DNA of 64,000 nucleotides from Acidobacteriota bacterium (GTDB lineage: Bacteria > Acidobacteriota > Thermoanaerobaculia > Gp7-AA8). The stretch is from contig JAJPHC010000030.1 of NCBI GenBank assembly GCA_021325515.1, positions 78,976 to 142,975 of the forward strand, read 5' to 3'. Position numbers and translations under genes: made by a program. The notes beneath the pieces were generated by a model, which was not told the origin of the DNA, made no database searches, and saw only the letters and a list, made by a program, of their open reading frames with translations. Below are positions 47,656 through 57,190 of this stretch, in pieces (the stretch's first letter is position 1; the number at the start of each line of letters is the position of its first letter).

Positions 47656-48663
47656 ATGAATGCATTCGCCGCAGTCCTTCTCTCACTGACCCTGCTCAAG
47701 GATCCCGGCGCAAAAGCGCCGCGCATCATCAGTCACGATTCCTGGTCGTCGTTCCTCGCTGGTGCGGTCTTCGCGACTTCGGTCACGGAAACGGGTCCGG
47801 CCACCACGCGCAATGAAGTGTTCTCGACGAACTGGATCGATGCCGGCGCGGCGCGCGACTTCGGCGGCCGCGGAGTCATCGTCGCACGCGTCAAAGGTTC
47901 GCTCGAGCCGCTGACGATCAAGGACAGCGGCTATCCCCAACTGCTCCAGTACGTCTCGGAGCACCATGGCGGGCCGCTACTCGACTCGATGCCCGCGCAC
48001 GATGCGCTGGAGGAGGCTTCGCTCGATGCGGGCGTCGGGATCGGCGGCGCCATTGCGCACGTGATGCTCGCTCCGGTTGCGGAGGCACCGCTCGGGCCCG
48101 CACCGTTCCAGCGCCGGGAATCCTCCGTCGATTTCGCCGAGGCGCCGTTCACGTACGAAACGGCGGAGAGCTGGCGGCGCGTGAAACGTCTCGTGGGTGC
48201 CGGTGTCGCCGCGGACTCCTTCCGCATCGATGCCGCGAGGTTCGACCACGATGCCTGGTCGGTGCGCACGGTCATCGCGCCGGTGTCTAACGTTTCGCTG
48301 CAGCTCTCTCGCGGACGGCTGGAAGACAAACGGACGATCAGCAGCGCGTCGCTCTCGTTCAGCGGCCGTGCAATCGCGGCGACGGCGCATTGGATCGAGA
48401 ACGGCGGCGTGACGGCGTACGGCGTCGAGACCACGCTTCGAATCGCACGCAACACGCTGCTGGCCCGCGCCGAGTCCGCGCCGCTTCCCGAGCGGCGGAA
48501 GCACGTCACGCTCGGCTACCTCTTCGATTTCATCCAGCGCGAAACGTGGCGGACCGGCGCCGGCGTGAATGTCGATTACCACTCCGACACACATGCCATC
48601 AGCGACCGCTACGGGCACAAGCCGCAGAGCATCTACCTCTTCCTCCGCGCCCGCACGTCGTGA
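47656..48663 (+). CDS. Hypothetical secreted protein
   Basis: Signal peptide MNAFAAVLLSLTLL. No family was recognised. The start was taken at the internal ATG after the palindromic element. Confidence 0.4.
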   Translation: MNAFAAVLLSLTLLKDPGAKAPRIISHDSWSSFLAGAVFATSVTETGPATTRNEVFSTNWIDAGAARDFGGRGVIVARVKGSLEPLTIKDSGYPQLLQYVSEHHGGPLLDSMPAHDALEEASLDAGVGIGGAIAHVMLAPVAEAPLGPAPFQRRESSVDFAEAPFTYETAESWRRVKRLVGAGVAADSFRIDAARFDHDAWSVRTVIAPVSNVSLQLSRGRLEDKRTISSASLSFSGRAIAATAHWIENGGVTAYGVETTLRIARNTLLARAESAPLPERRKHVTLGYLFDFIQRETWRTGAGVNVDYHSDTHAISDRYGHKPQSIYLFLRARTS

Positions 48664-48715
48664 ATGTTCGGTGACGGCGGTTGCACGGAGGATCAGGCGA
48701 TCTCATATTCCTGAC

Positions 48716-49192
48716 ATGAGTCTGGCTGCCGTGCTCCTCTTCGCCGCCTCGCAGAACATCGCGAATCCGAACATCGACATGGCTGCCTATCTGCGCGCCG
48801 CATCCGAAGCGGCCGCCGAGCGGCAGACGCATCGCCTCACCGAGGATGAATTCATCGCGATGAGCCGGATGCCGGGGACGGTGATCCTCGATGCGCGCAG
48901 CGCTGAGATGTACCGGCTGCGCCACGTGCGCGGCGCGATCAATCTCAGCTTTCCCGACATCGCGATCGCAAGCCTCGCGAAGCTCCTGCCGGACAAGAAC
49001 ACGCGCATCCTCATCTACTGCAACAACAACTTCCGAGGCGATGAGATCGCGTTCGCGTCGAAGATCGCGCGCGCGTCGCTGAATCTCTCGACTTACATCG
49101 CGCTCTACAGCTACGGCTACAGGAATGTGTGGGAGCTCGGCCCGCTGCTGGATGTGAAGACAACGAAGATCGAGCTCGAGGGGACTCACTAG
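48716..49192 (+). CDS. Rhodanese-domain sulfurtransferase-like protein
   Basis: Rhodanese active-site loop context ILIYCNNNFRG. The protein is ~158 aa with an N-terminal signal-like segment. Confidence 0.55.
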   Translation: MSLAAVLLFAASQNIANPNIDMAAYLRAASEAAAERQTHRLTEDEFIAMSRMPGTVILDARSAEMYRLRHVRGAINLSFPDIAIASLAKLLPDKNTRILIYCNNNFRGDEIAFASKIARASLNLSTYIALYSYGYRNVWELGPLLDVKTTKIELEGTH

Positions 49193-49206
49193 GGAACGAC
49201 GAGCTC

Positions 49207-49947
49207 TCAGCTTGTCCTTCTCGCGACGAGCAGCAGGCCCGGCCCGAACGGCACCCACGAGAACAGCTCGTCGATCGTGAAGAGCGCGCGCACGAACGCC
49301 ACGAGCATGCGCGACTTCCCTGCCCTGCGCACCGTGCCCAGCATCGCATCGTCATCGATCCGATGCTTCGCGCGGCGGCGGTTCATCGGCCGCAGCAGCA
49401 CATAGTCATAGATCAGCGCGAGCGGGAAACCCCAGTAGCTCGCCTTGGCAACCCGCATCCCAGCCGATTGAAACAACGCGCGCAACTGTTCGCGCGAGTA
49501 GCGCCGGCGATGTTCGTAATAGACGTCCGACGTGCTCCAGAGACTCATCAGCGCGGGGACAGTCGTGACGCAGAGGCCATCCTCGCGCAGGACGCGGCGG
49601 ATCTCACCAGCGGCTGCACCATCGTGCTCGAGATGCTCGAGCGTCTCGCCCGAGGTCACGCCGTCGAAGGCGCCGTCGCGAAAGGGCATGCGCGTCATGT
49701 CGCCGACGACCACGGGAATCGAGCTCGTCCGTTTCACGTGCAGCGCGGCCTCGAACGAATAGTCGATGCCGGTGACGCGGAAGCCGCGGCCCTGCAATTG
49801 CGCCGCGAGAGTCCCGAGTCCGACCGCGCCGTCGAGCACGCGGGAGCCGTCCGGCAGGCGCTCGACCTCACGCACGATGCGGCCGAGCCGGTGCGCGTGA
49901 AGCGGGCCAAACATCTCGGGCTGCGTGCCCCATTCGTGAGTCGGCAT
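49207..49947 (-). CDS. Class I SAM-dependent methyltransferase
   Basis: Motif I VLDGAVGLGTL and post-motif DGVTSGETLEHLEHD. Confidence 0.7.
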   Translation of the reverse strand: MPTHEWGTQPEMFGPLHAHRLGRIVREVERLPDGSRVLDGAVGLGTLAAQLQGRGFRVTGIDYSFEAALHVKRTSSIPVVVGDMTRMPFRDGAFDGVTSGETLEHLEHDGAAAGEIRRVLREDGLCVTTVPALMSLWSTSDVYYEHRRRYSREQLRALFQSAGMRVAKASYWGFPLALIYDYVLLRPMNRRRAKHRIDDDAMLGTVRRAGKSRMLVAFVRALFTIDELFSWVPFGPGLLLVARRTS

Positions 49948-50016
49948 GATGCGCTACCGTATCGCTCGGGGCGCCGTCAGGAATTCCCGCGCGACCCTTC
50001 GTGTAGACTACGCGAA

Positions 50017-51549
50017 ATGTCTCAACGCGTTCTTCTGATTGGCCCGCCCTGGGGCGATGTCTACGGCAACTTCAAACATGTGGCGAAAGTCGGCGTCTTC
50101 TACCCGCCGCTCGGCCTCTGCTATCTGAAAAGTCCCCTCGTCGCAGCAGGTTACGACGTCAAAGTCGTCGATGCCGAGGCGTCGGGCTTCTCGATGTCCG
50201 ACATCCTCTCCGTCGTCGGCGACTACAACCCGGACATCATCGGCATTCAGGTCGTCTCGCCTCTGTGGGAAACGGCGAAGAGCATCGCCGCCGCAGTCCG
50301 GGAGCGCTTCCCGAAGATCATCAATGTCTGCGGTGGCCCGCACGTCACGCTGACACATGTCGATGCGATGAAAGAGGCGCCGCAGTTCGACTACGCCGTG
50401 CTCTCCGAATCCGAGGATGGATTTACGGAGCTCGTCGAAGCGATCACGAAGGGCGACTCGAACGATCTCGACAAAGTCGGCGGCATTCTCTATCGCCGCA
50501 ACGGCGAGATCCGCAGGACGCAGCCGCGCACACTGCGCCCCGATGTCGACAATCTCCACTTCCCCGACCGCCGCGATCTCGATCACAGCAAGTACCTCTT
50601 CAGCGTTCCCGGCGCAGGCATCCGCCGCTTCACCACGATCATCACGTCGCGCGGCTGCCCCTACAACTGCACGTTCTGCACGGAGCCGCTGATGTACGGC
50701 CGCACGACGCGCTTCCGCTCCGCGCGGAACGTCGTCGATGAAGTGCAGGACTTTCACGACCGGCACAACATCAATCACTTCATCTTCGTCGACGACACGC
50801 TCACCACGCGCAAAGAGCGGATCATGGAGATGTGCTCCCTTCTGCGCGAGCGCAAGCTCGACATCACGTGGGAGGGGTGGACGCACGTCAACACCGTCGA
50901 TCAGGATCTGCTGCACGAAATGCATGCGGCGGGACTGCGCCGCCTTTCGTTCGGCATCGAGTCCGGCAACGCGGAAGTGCTGCAGTCTCTCAAGAAGAAC
51001 TCGACGCTGCCGCGCATTCGCGAGGCCTATCGCTGGGCCAAGAACGCCGGCATCGAGACCCGCGGCTCCGTCATCCTCGGCCTCCCCGGCGACACGCGGA
51101 AGTCGGCGCAGGAGACGATCGACTTCGTCGTCGGCCTCAAGGAATGCGATCACGCTTACTTCAACATCGCGATGCCGTATCCCGGCACCGAGATCCGCCG
51201 CCAGGCGCTCGCAGGTGAAGCAGGCGTTCGCCTGCTGACCGAGGAGTATTCGGAGCTGCGGAGACAGGGGCAGAAGGTCGTGATGGAGGTCAATGACCTC
51301 GACACGAAGGCGCTGCTCCAACTGCAGCGCCAGGCCTATCTCCGTTTCTGGCTGACACCGCGGCGCATCTGGTACAACGTCGTCCGCTCCGGCTTCAAGG
51401 CAGCGCTGCAGAATGGATGGGCGTTCTTCCGCTCATTCGTGATGCCGACGCGCAACGGCCGCATCCGCTTCATCTCCGAGATCACCGATATTTACGAGGC
51501 GGTGTCGGGCCGTGCGTGGAGCGCGCAGGAGAAGGATAAGGCGGCGTAG
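50017..51549 (+). CDS. B12-binding-domain radical SAM protein (class B radical SAM)
   Basis: An N-terminal cobalamin-binding-like domain (VLLIGPP...GLCYLKSPLVAAGYDVKVVD). Radical SAM Cys triad CPYNCTFC. The protein is 510 aa. Confidence 0.8.
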   Translation: MSQRVLLIGPPWGDVYGNFKHVAKVGVFYPPLGLCYLKSPLVAAGYDVKVVDAEASGFSMSDILSVVGDYNPDIIGIQVVSPLWETAKSIAAAVRERFPKIINVCGGPHVTLTHVDAMKEAPQFDYAVLSESEDGFTELVEAITKGDSNDLDKVGGILYRRNGEIRRTQPRTLRPDVDNLHFPDRRDLDHSKYLFSVPGAGIRRFTTIITSRGCPYNCTFCTEPLMYGRTTRFRSARNVVDEVQDFHDRHNINHFIFVDDTLTTRKERIMEMCSLLRERKLDITWEGWTHVNTVDQDLLHEMHAAGLRRLSFGIESGNAEVLQSLKKNSTLPRIREAYRWAKNAGIETRGSVILGLPGDTRKSAQETIDFVVGLKECDHAYFNIAMPYPGTEIRRQALAGEAGVRLLTEEYSELRRQGQKVVMEVNDLDTKALLQLQRQAYLRFWLTPRRIWYNVVRSGFKAALQNGWAFFRSFVMPTRNGRIRFISEITDIYEAVSGRAWSAQEKDKAA

Positions 51550-51552
51550 TTT

Positions 51553-51620
51553 TTGTCGCGGTTGCGGGGGCTCGCGGGCTCTGGGTTGCGCGGGCTCGCG
51601 GGTGCGCGGCGTCAACTACC
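51553..51620. repeat. GC-rich intergenic repeats: two direct copies of GGTTGCG(C/G)GGGCTCGCGGG (reverse complement of the 34062-34099 repeat)
   Basis: Read directly. Confidence 0.5.
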
Positions 51621-51626
51621 AAGTAA

Positions 51627-51689
51627 GCCTAGCGCCTAGCGCCTAGCGCCTAGCGCCCAGCGCCCAGCGCCTAGCGCCCAGCGCCCAGA
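51627..51689. repeat. Perfect tandem heptanucleotide microsatellite (GCCYAGC)9
   Basis: gcctagc x4, gcccagc x2, gcctagc, gcccagc, gcccaga. In total 63 nt between convergent genes. Confidence 0.7.
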
Positions 51690-51690
51690 C

Positions 51691-52629
51691 TCACAGATCC
51701 ACCCCGCTCCCCGCGACCACCTGCGCGTGATTGAGTGCAGCGACGAGCAGCACACCTCCGATCACGTTTCCTGTCAGCGCGGGCAGCAGGAATCCCATCG
51801 CGAACTCGCTCCATGAGCTGCCGCCCACGAGCACGAGGAACGCGGTCTCGACGGCTCCTGCGATGACGTGGCTGAACTGCGCGAGTGCGATCACGTAAGT
51901 GATCACGCCGATCACCCAGACACGTGCGGCCTCTGCGAACGGCAGCAGCCAGACGGTCAATGCGATCAGCCAGCCCGCGAAGATGCCGCGCAGCAAGGTC
52001 GCCGCGAATCCCGAGGTCTGCGCGTGACGCGCCAGCTCCACCATGCTGCGGAAGGCTTCCTCATCGACGATTTGCGTCCGCGCCAGCACGAAGGCCATGA
52101 CGAGACTGCCGGCAAGATTCGCTGCGAAGACGACGCACCAGAGCCGCACGACGTTGATGAACGTCGCGCGATTGCGATGCTGCAGGAGTGGAAGAATCAC
52201 AGTCAGCGTGTTCTCGGTGAAGAGCTGCTGTCTGCCGAGAATCACGATCAGGAAGCCGACGGGATAACCGAGGGCGACGAGGAGCGGGCGCCATTGGGAA
52301 TCGGGAAGGTGGGCGTGGATCAGCGCGGGCGTGATGAACGAGAAGCTCATCGACAGACCGGCGGCGAGACCCGACCACGCCAGCGCCTGCGATGGGCGCT
52401 GCAGCTCGCTCTCCCCTTCGCTGAAGATCGCCCGGTACACCACTTCGCCGGTCGGTGCACTTCGTTCTTCCGCTTCGTCCAGCGCTGCCTGATCGGTCAC
52501 GCCGCGCTGGTTGTGCAAGAGGCGGCCCAGCCATCCCCAACTCGCCGCTGCACCCACCAATTTTGTATCCCAATTATGTATCATCGATCTCATGCGCAGA
52601 CTGCTGATCGTTCTCTCGTTCCTGGCCAT
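51691..52629 (-). CDS. Formate/nitrite transporter (FNT) family channel; possibly nitrite-related given context. Start uncertain
   Basis: FNT signatures LFTENT and GNVIGG with a 6-TM core. The longest ORF (to 52737) and the ATG at 52629 both overlap the divergent lipoprotein gene start at 52592. A GTG at 52500 gives an FocA-like N-terminus. Confidence 0.65.
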   Translation of the reverse strand: MARNERTISSLRMRSMIHNWDTKLVGAAASWGWLGRLLHNQRGVTDQAALDEAEERSAPTGEVVYRAIFSEGESELQRPSQALAWSGLAAGLSMSFSFITPALIHAHLPDSQWRPLLVALGYPVGFLIVILGRQQLFTENTLTVILPLLQHRNRATFINVVRLWCVVFAANLAGSLVMAFVLARTQIVDEEAFRSMVELARHAQTSGFAATLLRGIFAGWLIALTVWLLPFAEAARVWVIGVITYVIALAQFSHVIAGAVETAFLVLVGGSSWSEFAMGFLLPALTGNVIGGVLLVAALNHAQVVAGSGVDL

Positions 52630-53881
52630 CCTCGCCGCATGCAGGAAGAAGGAAGCTGCCGCGACCGCGACGGCATCCTCCGCCGCTGCGACCGCAACTT
52701 CGCCGGCATTCACGCAGAAGACGCTTCCCGTGCACAACGGTGAAAACCTCGTGGCGCTCGCATCCGGTGCGATGCCTGTGATTCGCGCCGGCGCGCCCGA
52801 GCAGGGAGGCGAGGCGTACTACATGTTCGACGAAGATCCGCTGACGGGATGGGCCAGCAACGACGGCAAGTACAACGAGCCGACCGTCGTCGAGCTCGCG
52901 GATCGAAGCATCATCCACTCCGTCGAGTTCGACGAAAAGAACATCGCGTACGACGGCCGCTTGCCGCAGGGAGTGCTGATCGAAGTCTCCGACACGAGCG
53001 CCACCGACGGCTTCAAGCCGATCGCGAACGTGACGATGACCGAGATGAAGGACGGGCAGACCTTTCCCGTCTCCGCCGAAGTGCCCGGCCGCTGGGTGCG
53101 AATCTCCGTCAAGAAGGCCGCATCCGATGCCGCGATCGCGCAGATCATGGAGTTCCGCGCGTTTGGCGAGCGGCTCACGCACAATCCCGTGCCCGACATC
53201 ACCGGCACGTACGAAACCAACGCAGGCAAATTCCATCTCAAGCAGCAGGGCACTTCGGTCACCGGCTGCTACGACAACGGCAGCGAGCCGCTGATCGGCG
53301 GGATGGAGGGACGCATCCTGAAGTTCCGCTACGCAGTCGGAGAAAACGGCAGCGGCCCTGCGCTTCTCGTCACGTCGAGCACCGGCGATGTTTTCGGCGG
53401 ATGGTGGCGAACGGACAGCAAGGTGGTCGAGCATCCCACGCTCGATCCGATCGAAGGAAAGCGGATCAGCACCGACCCGGGCAACACCGCATGCCCGCAA
53501 TGGGCAGCGCCGGAAGCGCAGATGGCGTCGGAGCTGAAGCAGAAGGGACGCGTGCAGCTCTACGGCATCAACTTCGACAGCGATTCGGATGTCATCCGCG
53601 ACGAATCGAAGCCGGCACTCGATCAGGTCGTGGCGATGTTGAAAGCGGACGCAGGCCTGAAGCTGACAATCGAAGGCCACACCGATTCGACCGCAACGCC
53701 GGAGCACAATCTGGAGCTGTCGACGAAGCGCGCAAACGCGGTGAAGCAATACCTCACCGCCGCAGGCATCGACAGCGCCCGTCTCGACGCAGCCGGCCGC
53801 GGCGCCACGCAACCGGTGGCCACGAATGACACGCCGCTGGGACGCGCTGCGAATCGGAGAGTGGAATTGGTGAAGCGCTGA
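52592..53881 (+). CDS. OmpA-family lipoprotein with an N-terminal discoidin-like domain
   Basis: Lipobox LAILAAC. C-terminal OmpA/MotB peptidoglycan-binding domain (LYGINFDSDSDVIRDESKPALDQVVAML...TIEGHTDSTATPEHNLELSTKRANAV). Confidence 0.65.
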   Translation: MRRLLIVLSFLAILAACRKKEAAATATASSAAATATSPAFTQKTLPVHNGENLVALASGAMPVIRAGAPEQGGEAYYMFDEDPLTGWASNDGKYNEPTVVELADRSIIHSVEFDEKNIAYDGRLPQGVLIEVSDTSATDGFKPIANVTMTEMKDGQTFPVSAEVPGRWVRISVKKAASDAAIAQIMEFRAFGERLTHNPVPDITGTYETNAGKFHLKQQGTSVTGCYDNGSEPLIGGMEGRILKFRYAVGENGSGPALLVTSSTGDVFGGWWRTDSKVVEHPTLDPIEGKRISTDPGNTACPQWAAPEAQMASELKQKGRVQLYGINFDSDSDVIRDESKPALDQVVAMLKADAGLKLTIEGHTDSTATPEHNLELSTKRANAVKQYLTAAGIDSARLDAAGRGATQPVATNDTPLGRAANRRVELVKR

Positions 53882-53885
53882 GGGT

Positions 53886-53947
53886 CTCGCGGGCCCGCGG
53901 TCGTTCACTGGATGACCGCGAGCCCGCGAGCCCGCGCATCCGCGTGA
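53886..53947. repeat. GC-rich 3' intergenic repeat (CGCGGGCCCGCG palindrome plus CGCGAGCCCGCGAGCCCGCGCATCC)
   Basis: Read directly. Related to the 33986-34099 and 51553-51620 repeats. Confidence 0.4.
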
Positions 53948-53956
53948 CCAACAACG

Positions 53957-54883
53957 TCACCGATACCGAATATCCAACACCTTCCTCACGACGTCCTTCG
54001 CGACGCCGGGAAGGTTCTGCACTCGCGTCAGCACGTCGTTGAACGCGTGCGACTCGCCGCCGTGCTTGAAGCATTCGCCGCAGCGCGGGAGTTGCGAGAA
54101 GTCGCGCGCCTCGAACGCTGCCTTCATCTGCAGCATGCGATCGCTCTTCACGATCTCTTCCAGCGTCTGCGTCTTCAGATCGCCCATGACCTGATCGCCA
54201 TGCGCGTCGTAGCAGCAGTGCGTGACGCGGCCATCGGCGAAGATCACGACCCAGGTGAAGAACGCCCCCTGCACGCAGCCGTAGAACTTTCCGTGGAGGT
54301 CCGTCTCCTCGTTGACATCGAGCGCCTCGCACGTCCGTTCGATCACGCGCGCATTCCTGTACTGCTTCAGATCGAAGAGGCGCCTGAAGTCATCCACCGA
54401 CTCATCGAGCGTGAGCCGCGACCGCATCTTCTGAATCTCGATGCGGAGCGGATGTCCTTTCGCCTGCCTGAGAAACTTCCGCGTCAGGTCAACGAGCTGT
54501 TCGAAGTCGCCGCCGGTGCGGATGTGCGGATACACATCGGGATTGATCGAGTCGACGCAGATGCGCAGCCGCTTGAGCGGCGACGCGAGGAGCTTCGCTC
54601 CCACCGCCTCCGTCAGCACCAGCCCGTTGGTCGACACACTCGCCTCGGGGAACAGCCGGATCGCATCGTCGATGCGGGAGTAGAGCAGCGGCTCGCCCAT
54701 CTCGTGCAGCCACTTCAGCTTCAGCCCGAGCCCGTGGATCTCGCGCTCCGCTTTCTCGACGAGCGGCCAGGCCATGTCTTCGTAGGGACGCCGCAGCACC
54801 GGCAGGGGGCACATGCCGCACCGCAGGTTGCACTTCGAGGTCAGCTCAAGGCCGACTTTGATCCGTCGCGGAATGACGCTCAT
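53957..54883 (-). CDS. Radical SAM / SPASM-domain protein
   Basis: CNLRCGMC (CX3CX2C) at residues 18-25. A C-terminal Cys-rich auxiliary cluster region (CCYDAHGDQ...CGEC). The ATG overlaps the stop of the upstream GT4 gene. Confidence 0.75.
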   Translation of the reverse strand: MSVIPRRIKVGLELTSKCNLRCGMCPLPVLRRPYEDMAWPLVEKAEREIHGLGLKLKWLHEMGEPLLYSRIDDAIRLFPEASVSTNGLVLTEAVGAKLLASPLKRLRICVDSINPDVYPHIRTGGDFEQLVDLTRKFLRQAKGHPLRIEIQKMRSRLTLDESVDDFRRLFDLKQYRNARVIERTCEALDVNEETDLHGKFYGCVQGAFFTWVVIFADGRVTHCCYDAHGDQVMGDLKTQTLEEIVKSDRMLQMKAAFEARDFSQLPRCGECFKHGGESHAFNDVLTRVQNLPGVAKDVVRKVLDIRYR

Positions 54884-55980
54884 CGGCTCACCAAGCGCGC
54901 AAACACGTTCGCGTATTCCTTCCACGAATACTTGCGCGCCGACTCGGCGGCGGCCTGCTCCATCGCCGCGCGATCGCGCGAGGTGCAGAACTCGTCCACC
55001 GCGCGCGCGAGTCCCGCTGGGTCTTCCGTGTCGATGAGCATGCCGTTCCTGCCGTCGATGATCTCCGGAAGCCCGCCGACGCGGCTGGCGATCACCGGCC
55101 GTGCGAAGTGGAACGCCGTCAGCGCGACGCCGCTCTGCGCCTCGGCGCGATAGGGCGCGAGGACGACGTCCGCGGCCGCGAAGTACGTCGCGATCTCGGA
55201 GTCGGGGATGTAGCGGTACTCGAGGCGCACGCGATCCGCGACGCCCATCTCCTTCGCCAGCGCGCTGTACTCCTCGTCCGCGCCCCACCACGCCTCCCCT
55301 GCCGCGAGCAGCAGCACGTCGGACTTCACCTCGCGCCAGGCGCGCAGCGCGATGTCGACGCCCTTGAATGGACGCATGTGGCCGAACGAGAGTGCAACGA
55401 ATGGTTGGGAAATGCCGAGCTTCTGCCTCGCATCTTCGCGCGAAGGCATCTCGCCTCCCAGCTCATGCACGGGGAGGAACGTCTTGATCACATGGCGCCC
55501 CCGCGAGCGCCGCCAGGCCTCATCCGCTTCGGTCCGCGCATGGGTCACCAGCACGTCGCCGCGCCGCAGCACCGGATTCGTCATCGCACGCTTCCACCAC
55601 GCCGGCTCCTTGTCGCCGACGTTGTGGCACTGCAGGATCACGCGCGTGCGGCGCCGCAGCATCGCCATCATCACGCGATACGGCAGCTTCCACACCCAGA
55701 TGTAGAGGACGAAGATGACGTGGTCGTACTGGCGCAGCCGCCATCCCGCGCGCACCCAGGTGAAGGGATTCAGCAGGTCGACGATGAAGTCGGCCTTCGC
55801 ACGCGGCAGCGTCGCGTCCATGTCGCTCGCCCCGCCGGGATAGAGGCTGCGCGGATACTGCCTCGAGAACGAGATCACATCCGCCGGCTGCAGCTCCTCG
55901 GCTAACCGAGTGGTGCAGTACGCGACCCCCGAGCGGTAGGGAAAGACGGGACCGACGATGGCGAGGTTGTTGTCGTTCAT
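54880..55980 (-). CDS. Family 4 glycosyltransferase (GT-B, GT4)
   Basis: C-terminal GT4 block GGLPEIIDGRNGMLID plus an EX7E-like region. The protein is 366 aa. Confidence 0.75.
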   Translation of the reverse strand: MNDNNLAIVGPVFPYRSGVAYCTTRLAEELQPADVISFSRQYPRSLYPGGASDMDATLPRAKADFIVDLLNPFTWVRAGWRLRQYDHVIFVLYIWVWKLPYRVMMAMLRRRTRVILQCHNVGDKEPAWWKRAMTNPVLRRGDVLVTHARTEADEAWRRSRGRHVIKTFLPVHELGGEMPSREDARQKLGISQPFVALSFGHMRPFKGVDIALRAWREVKSDVLLLAAGEAWWGADEEYSALAKEMGVADRVRLEYRYIPDSEIATYFAAADVVLAPYRAEAQSGVALTAFHFARPVIASRVGGLPEIIDGRNGMLIDTEDPAGLARAVDEFCTSRDRAAMEQAAAESARKYSWKEYANVFARLVSR

Positions 55981-55998
55981 CCTGAGCGCAGCGATGGA

Positions 55999-57147
55999 TC
56001 AGCCAAGGCGCAGAGAAGACGACGCCGATTCGCGCGGCGCCTTGATTGACTCTTCGCTGCGCTCAGAGTGACCGGACAGGAAATTCACCACGGTCGATGC
56101 GAAGTACGCTCCCCACGTCCGCACGTCGAAGACGAGCGACGACGACATGAAGCAGGAGTGCGTGCAGTGGCACTCTTTCGCCCGGATCGCGGCGCGCTGG
56201 GCGTCGGCCGCCTCGGAATACCAGAGCTTGTTGAAGTCGAAGCCATGCTCGCGCACGTTGCCGACCGCATCGCGAAGCTCGCACATCCGCACCTCGCCGC
56301 GCGCATCGAGCACGCCCGACACACGGCCGGCGTGACAGGGGCGCACCTGCGTCTCCTGCTCCAGCACCGCCAGCTCCATCCGCCGCGAGTAGATCTTCAC
56401 GAACTTCAGGAAGCTGTCGTAATGCGGATAGGAGTCCCAGTACGCCTCGAGCTTCGGCAGCAGCTCGCGATAGCGCTGCGTGGTGATCGGCTGGATGTTC
56501 TTGTCCGGCTGGTCGCCGCGCAGCATCTCGAACGAATGAAAGGAGACGGCCGGGAAATCGCGCTTCACTCCGGCACACAGCTCATCGAGATCCTCCGCGT
56601 TGTACGTGCACAAGCAGGTGTGCACGTTGACGGTGAGGTTCTCGTACTTGTCGCGCAGCGCGATCAGCGCGGCGTAGGTCTTCTTCGCTTTCTCGTAGTT
56701 ACCCGGCACGCCGCGGATCCAGTCGTGCTTCTCGCCGATGTGATCGATCGAGAGATTGACGACGATCTGCGTGTCCGGGCAGCGCTTCAGCGTCTCCTCG
56801 GTGTTGCGCGCGATGAGATCGCTCGCGATCGCGCCGGTCGGGATCGTGATCTGCTTCACATGATTCTTCTTCGACAGCGTCTCGCAGACCTCCGGCAGAT
56901 CGCGGCGCAGGAACGGCTCGCCGCCACTCATCACGATGAAGAGGAGATCGCCGAGGGAGGCGAAGGTCTTCTGAAGCTCCTCGAGGGAGAGCTCGTGCTC
57001 CTTGTTTTTCCGCAACTGCTCCCAGTTGAAACAGGTGCGGCAGAACGAGTTGCAGTCGTACGTCAGCCCGATGATGAGGTAGACGGGTTTCATCCCCCGC
57101 TTGTCGACGAGGAAACGCAGATACTGCAGTTTGTCGGTGAACTTCAT
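55999..57147 (-). CDS. Radical SAM / SPASM-domain protein
   Basis: CNSFCRTC Cys triad. C-terminal SPASM-like cysteines (CHAGRVSG...RMCE...CHCTHSC). The protein is 382 aa. Confidence 0.75.
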   Translation of the reverse strand: MKFTDKLQYLRFLVDKRGMKPVYLIIGLTYDCNSFCRTCFNWEQLRKNKEHELSLEELQKTFASLGDLLFIVMSGGEPFLRRDLPEVCETLSKKNHVKQITIPTGAIASDLIARNTEETLKRCPDTQIVVNLSIDHIGEKHDWIRGVPGNYEKAKKTYAALIALRDKYENLTVNVHTCLCTYNAEDLDELCAGVKRDFPAVSFHSFEMLRGDQPDKNIQPITTQRYRELLPKLEAYWDSYPHYDSFLKFVKIYSRRMELAVLEQETQVRPCHAGRVSGVLDARGEVRMCELRDAVGNVREHGFDFNKLWYSEAADAQRAAIRAKECHCTHSCFMSSSLVFDVRTWGAYFASTVVNFLSGHSERSEESIKAPRESASSSLRLG

Positions 57148-57190
57148 GTGCGCTAACGAAACGGCCGGGACGGATCATACAATCCCGACG

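Noticed and set aside
54880-54884. Apparent 1-nt coordinate discrepancy between my manual base counting and the ORF track at the GT4 stop / SPASM start
   Set aside because: The track frames are internally consistent (stop TGA and start ATG share ATGA). I therefore used the track coordinates and treat my hand-count offset as a counting slip.
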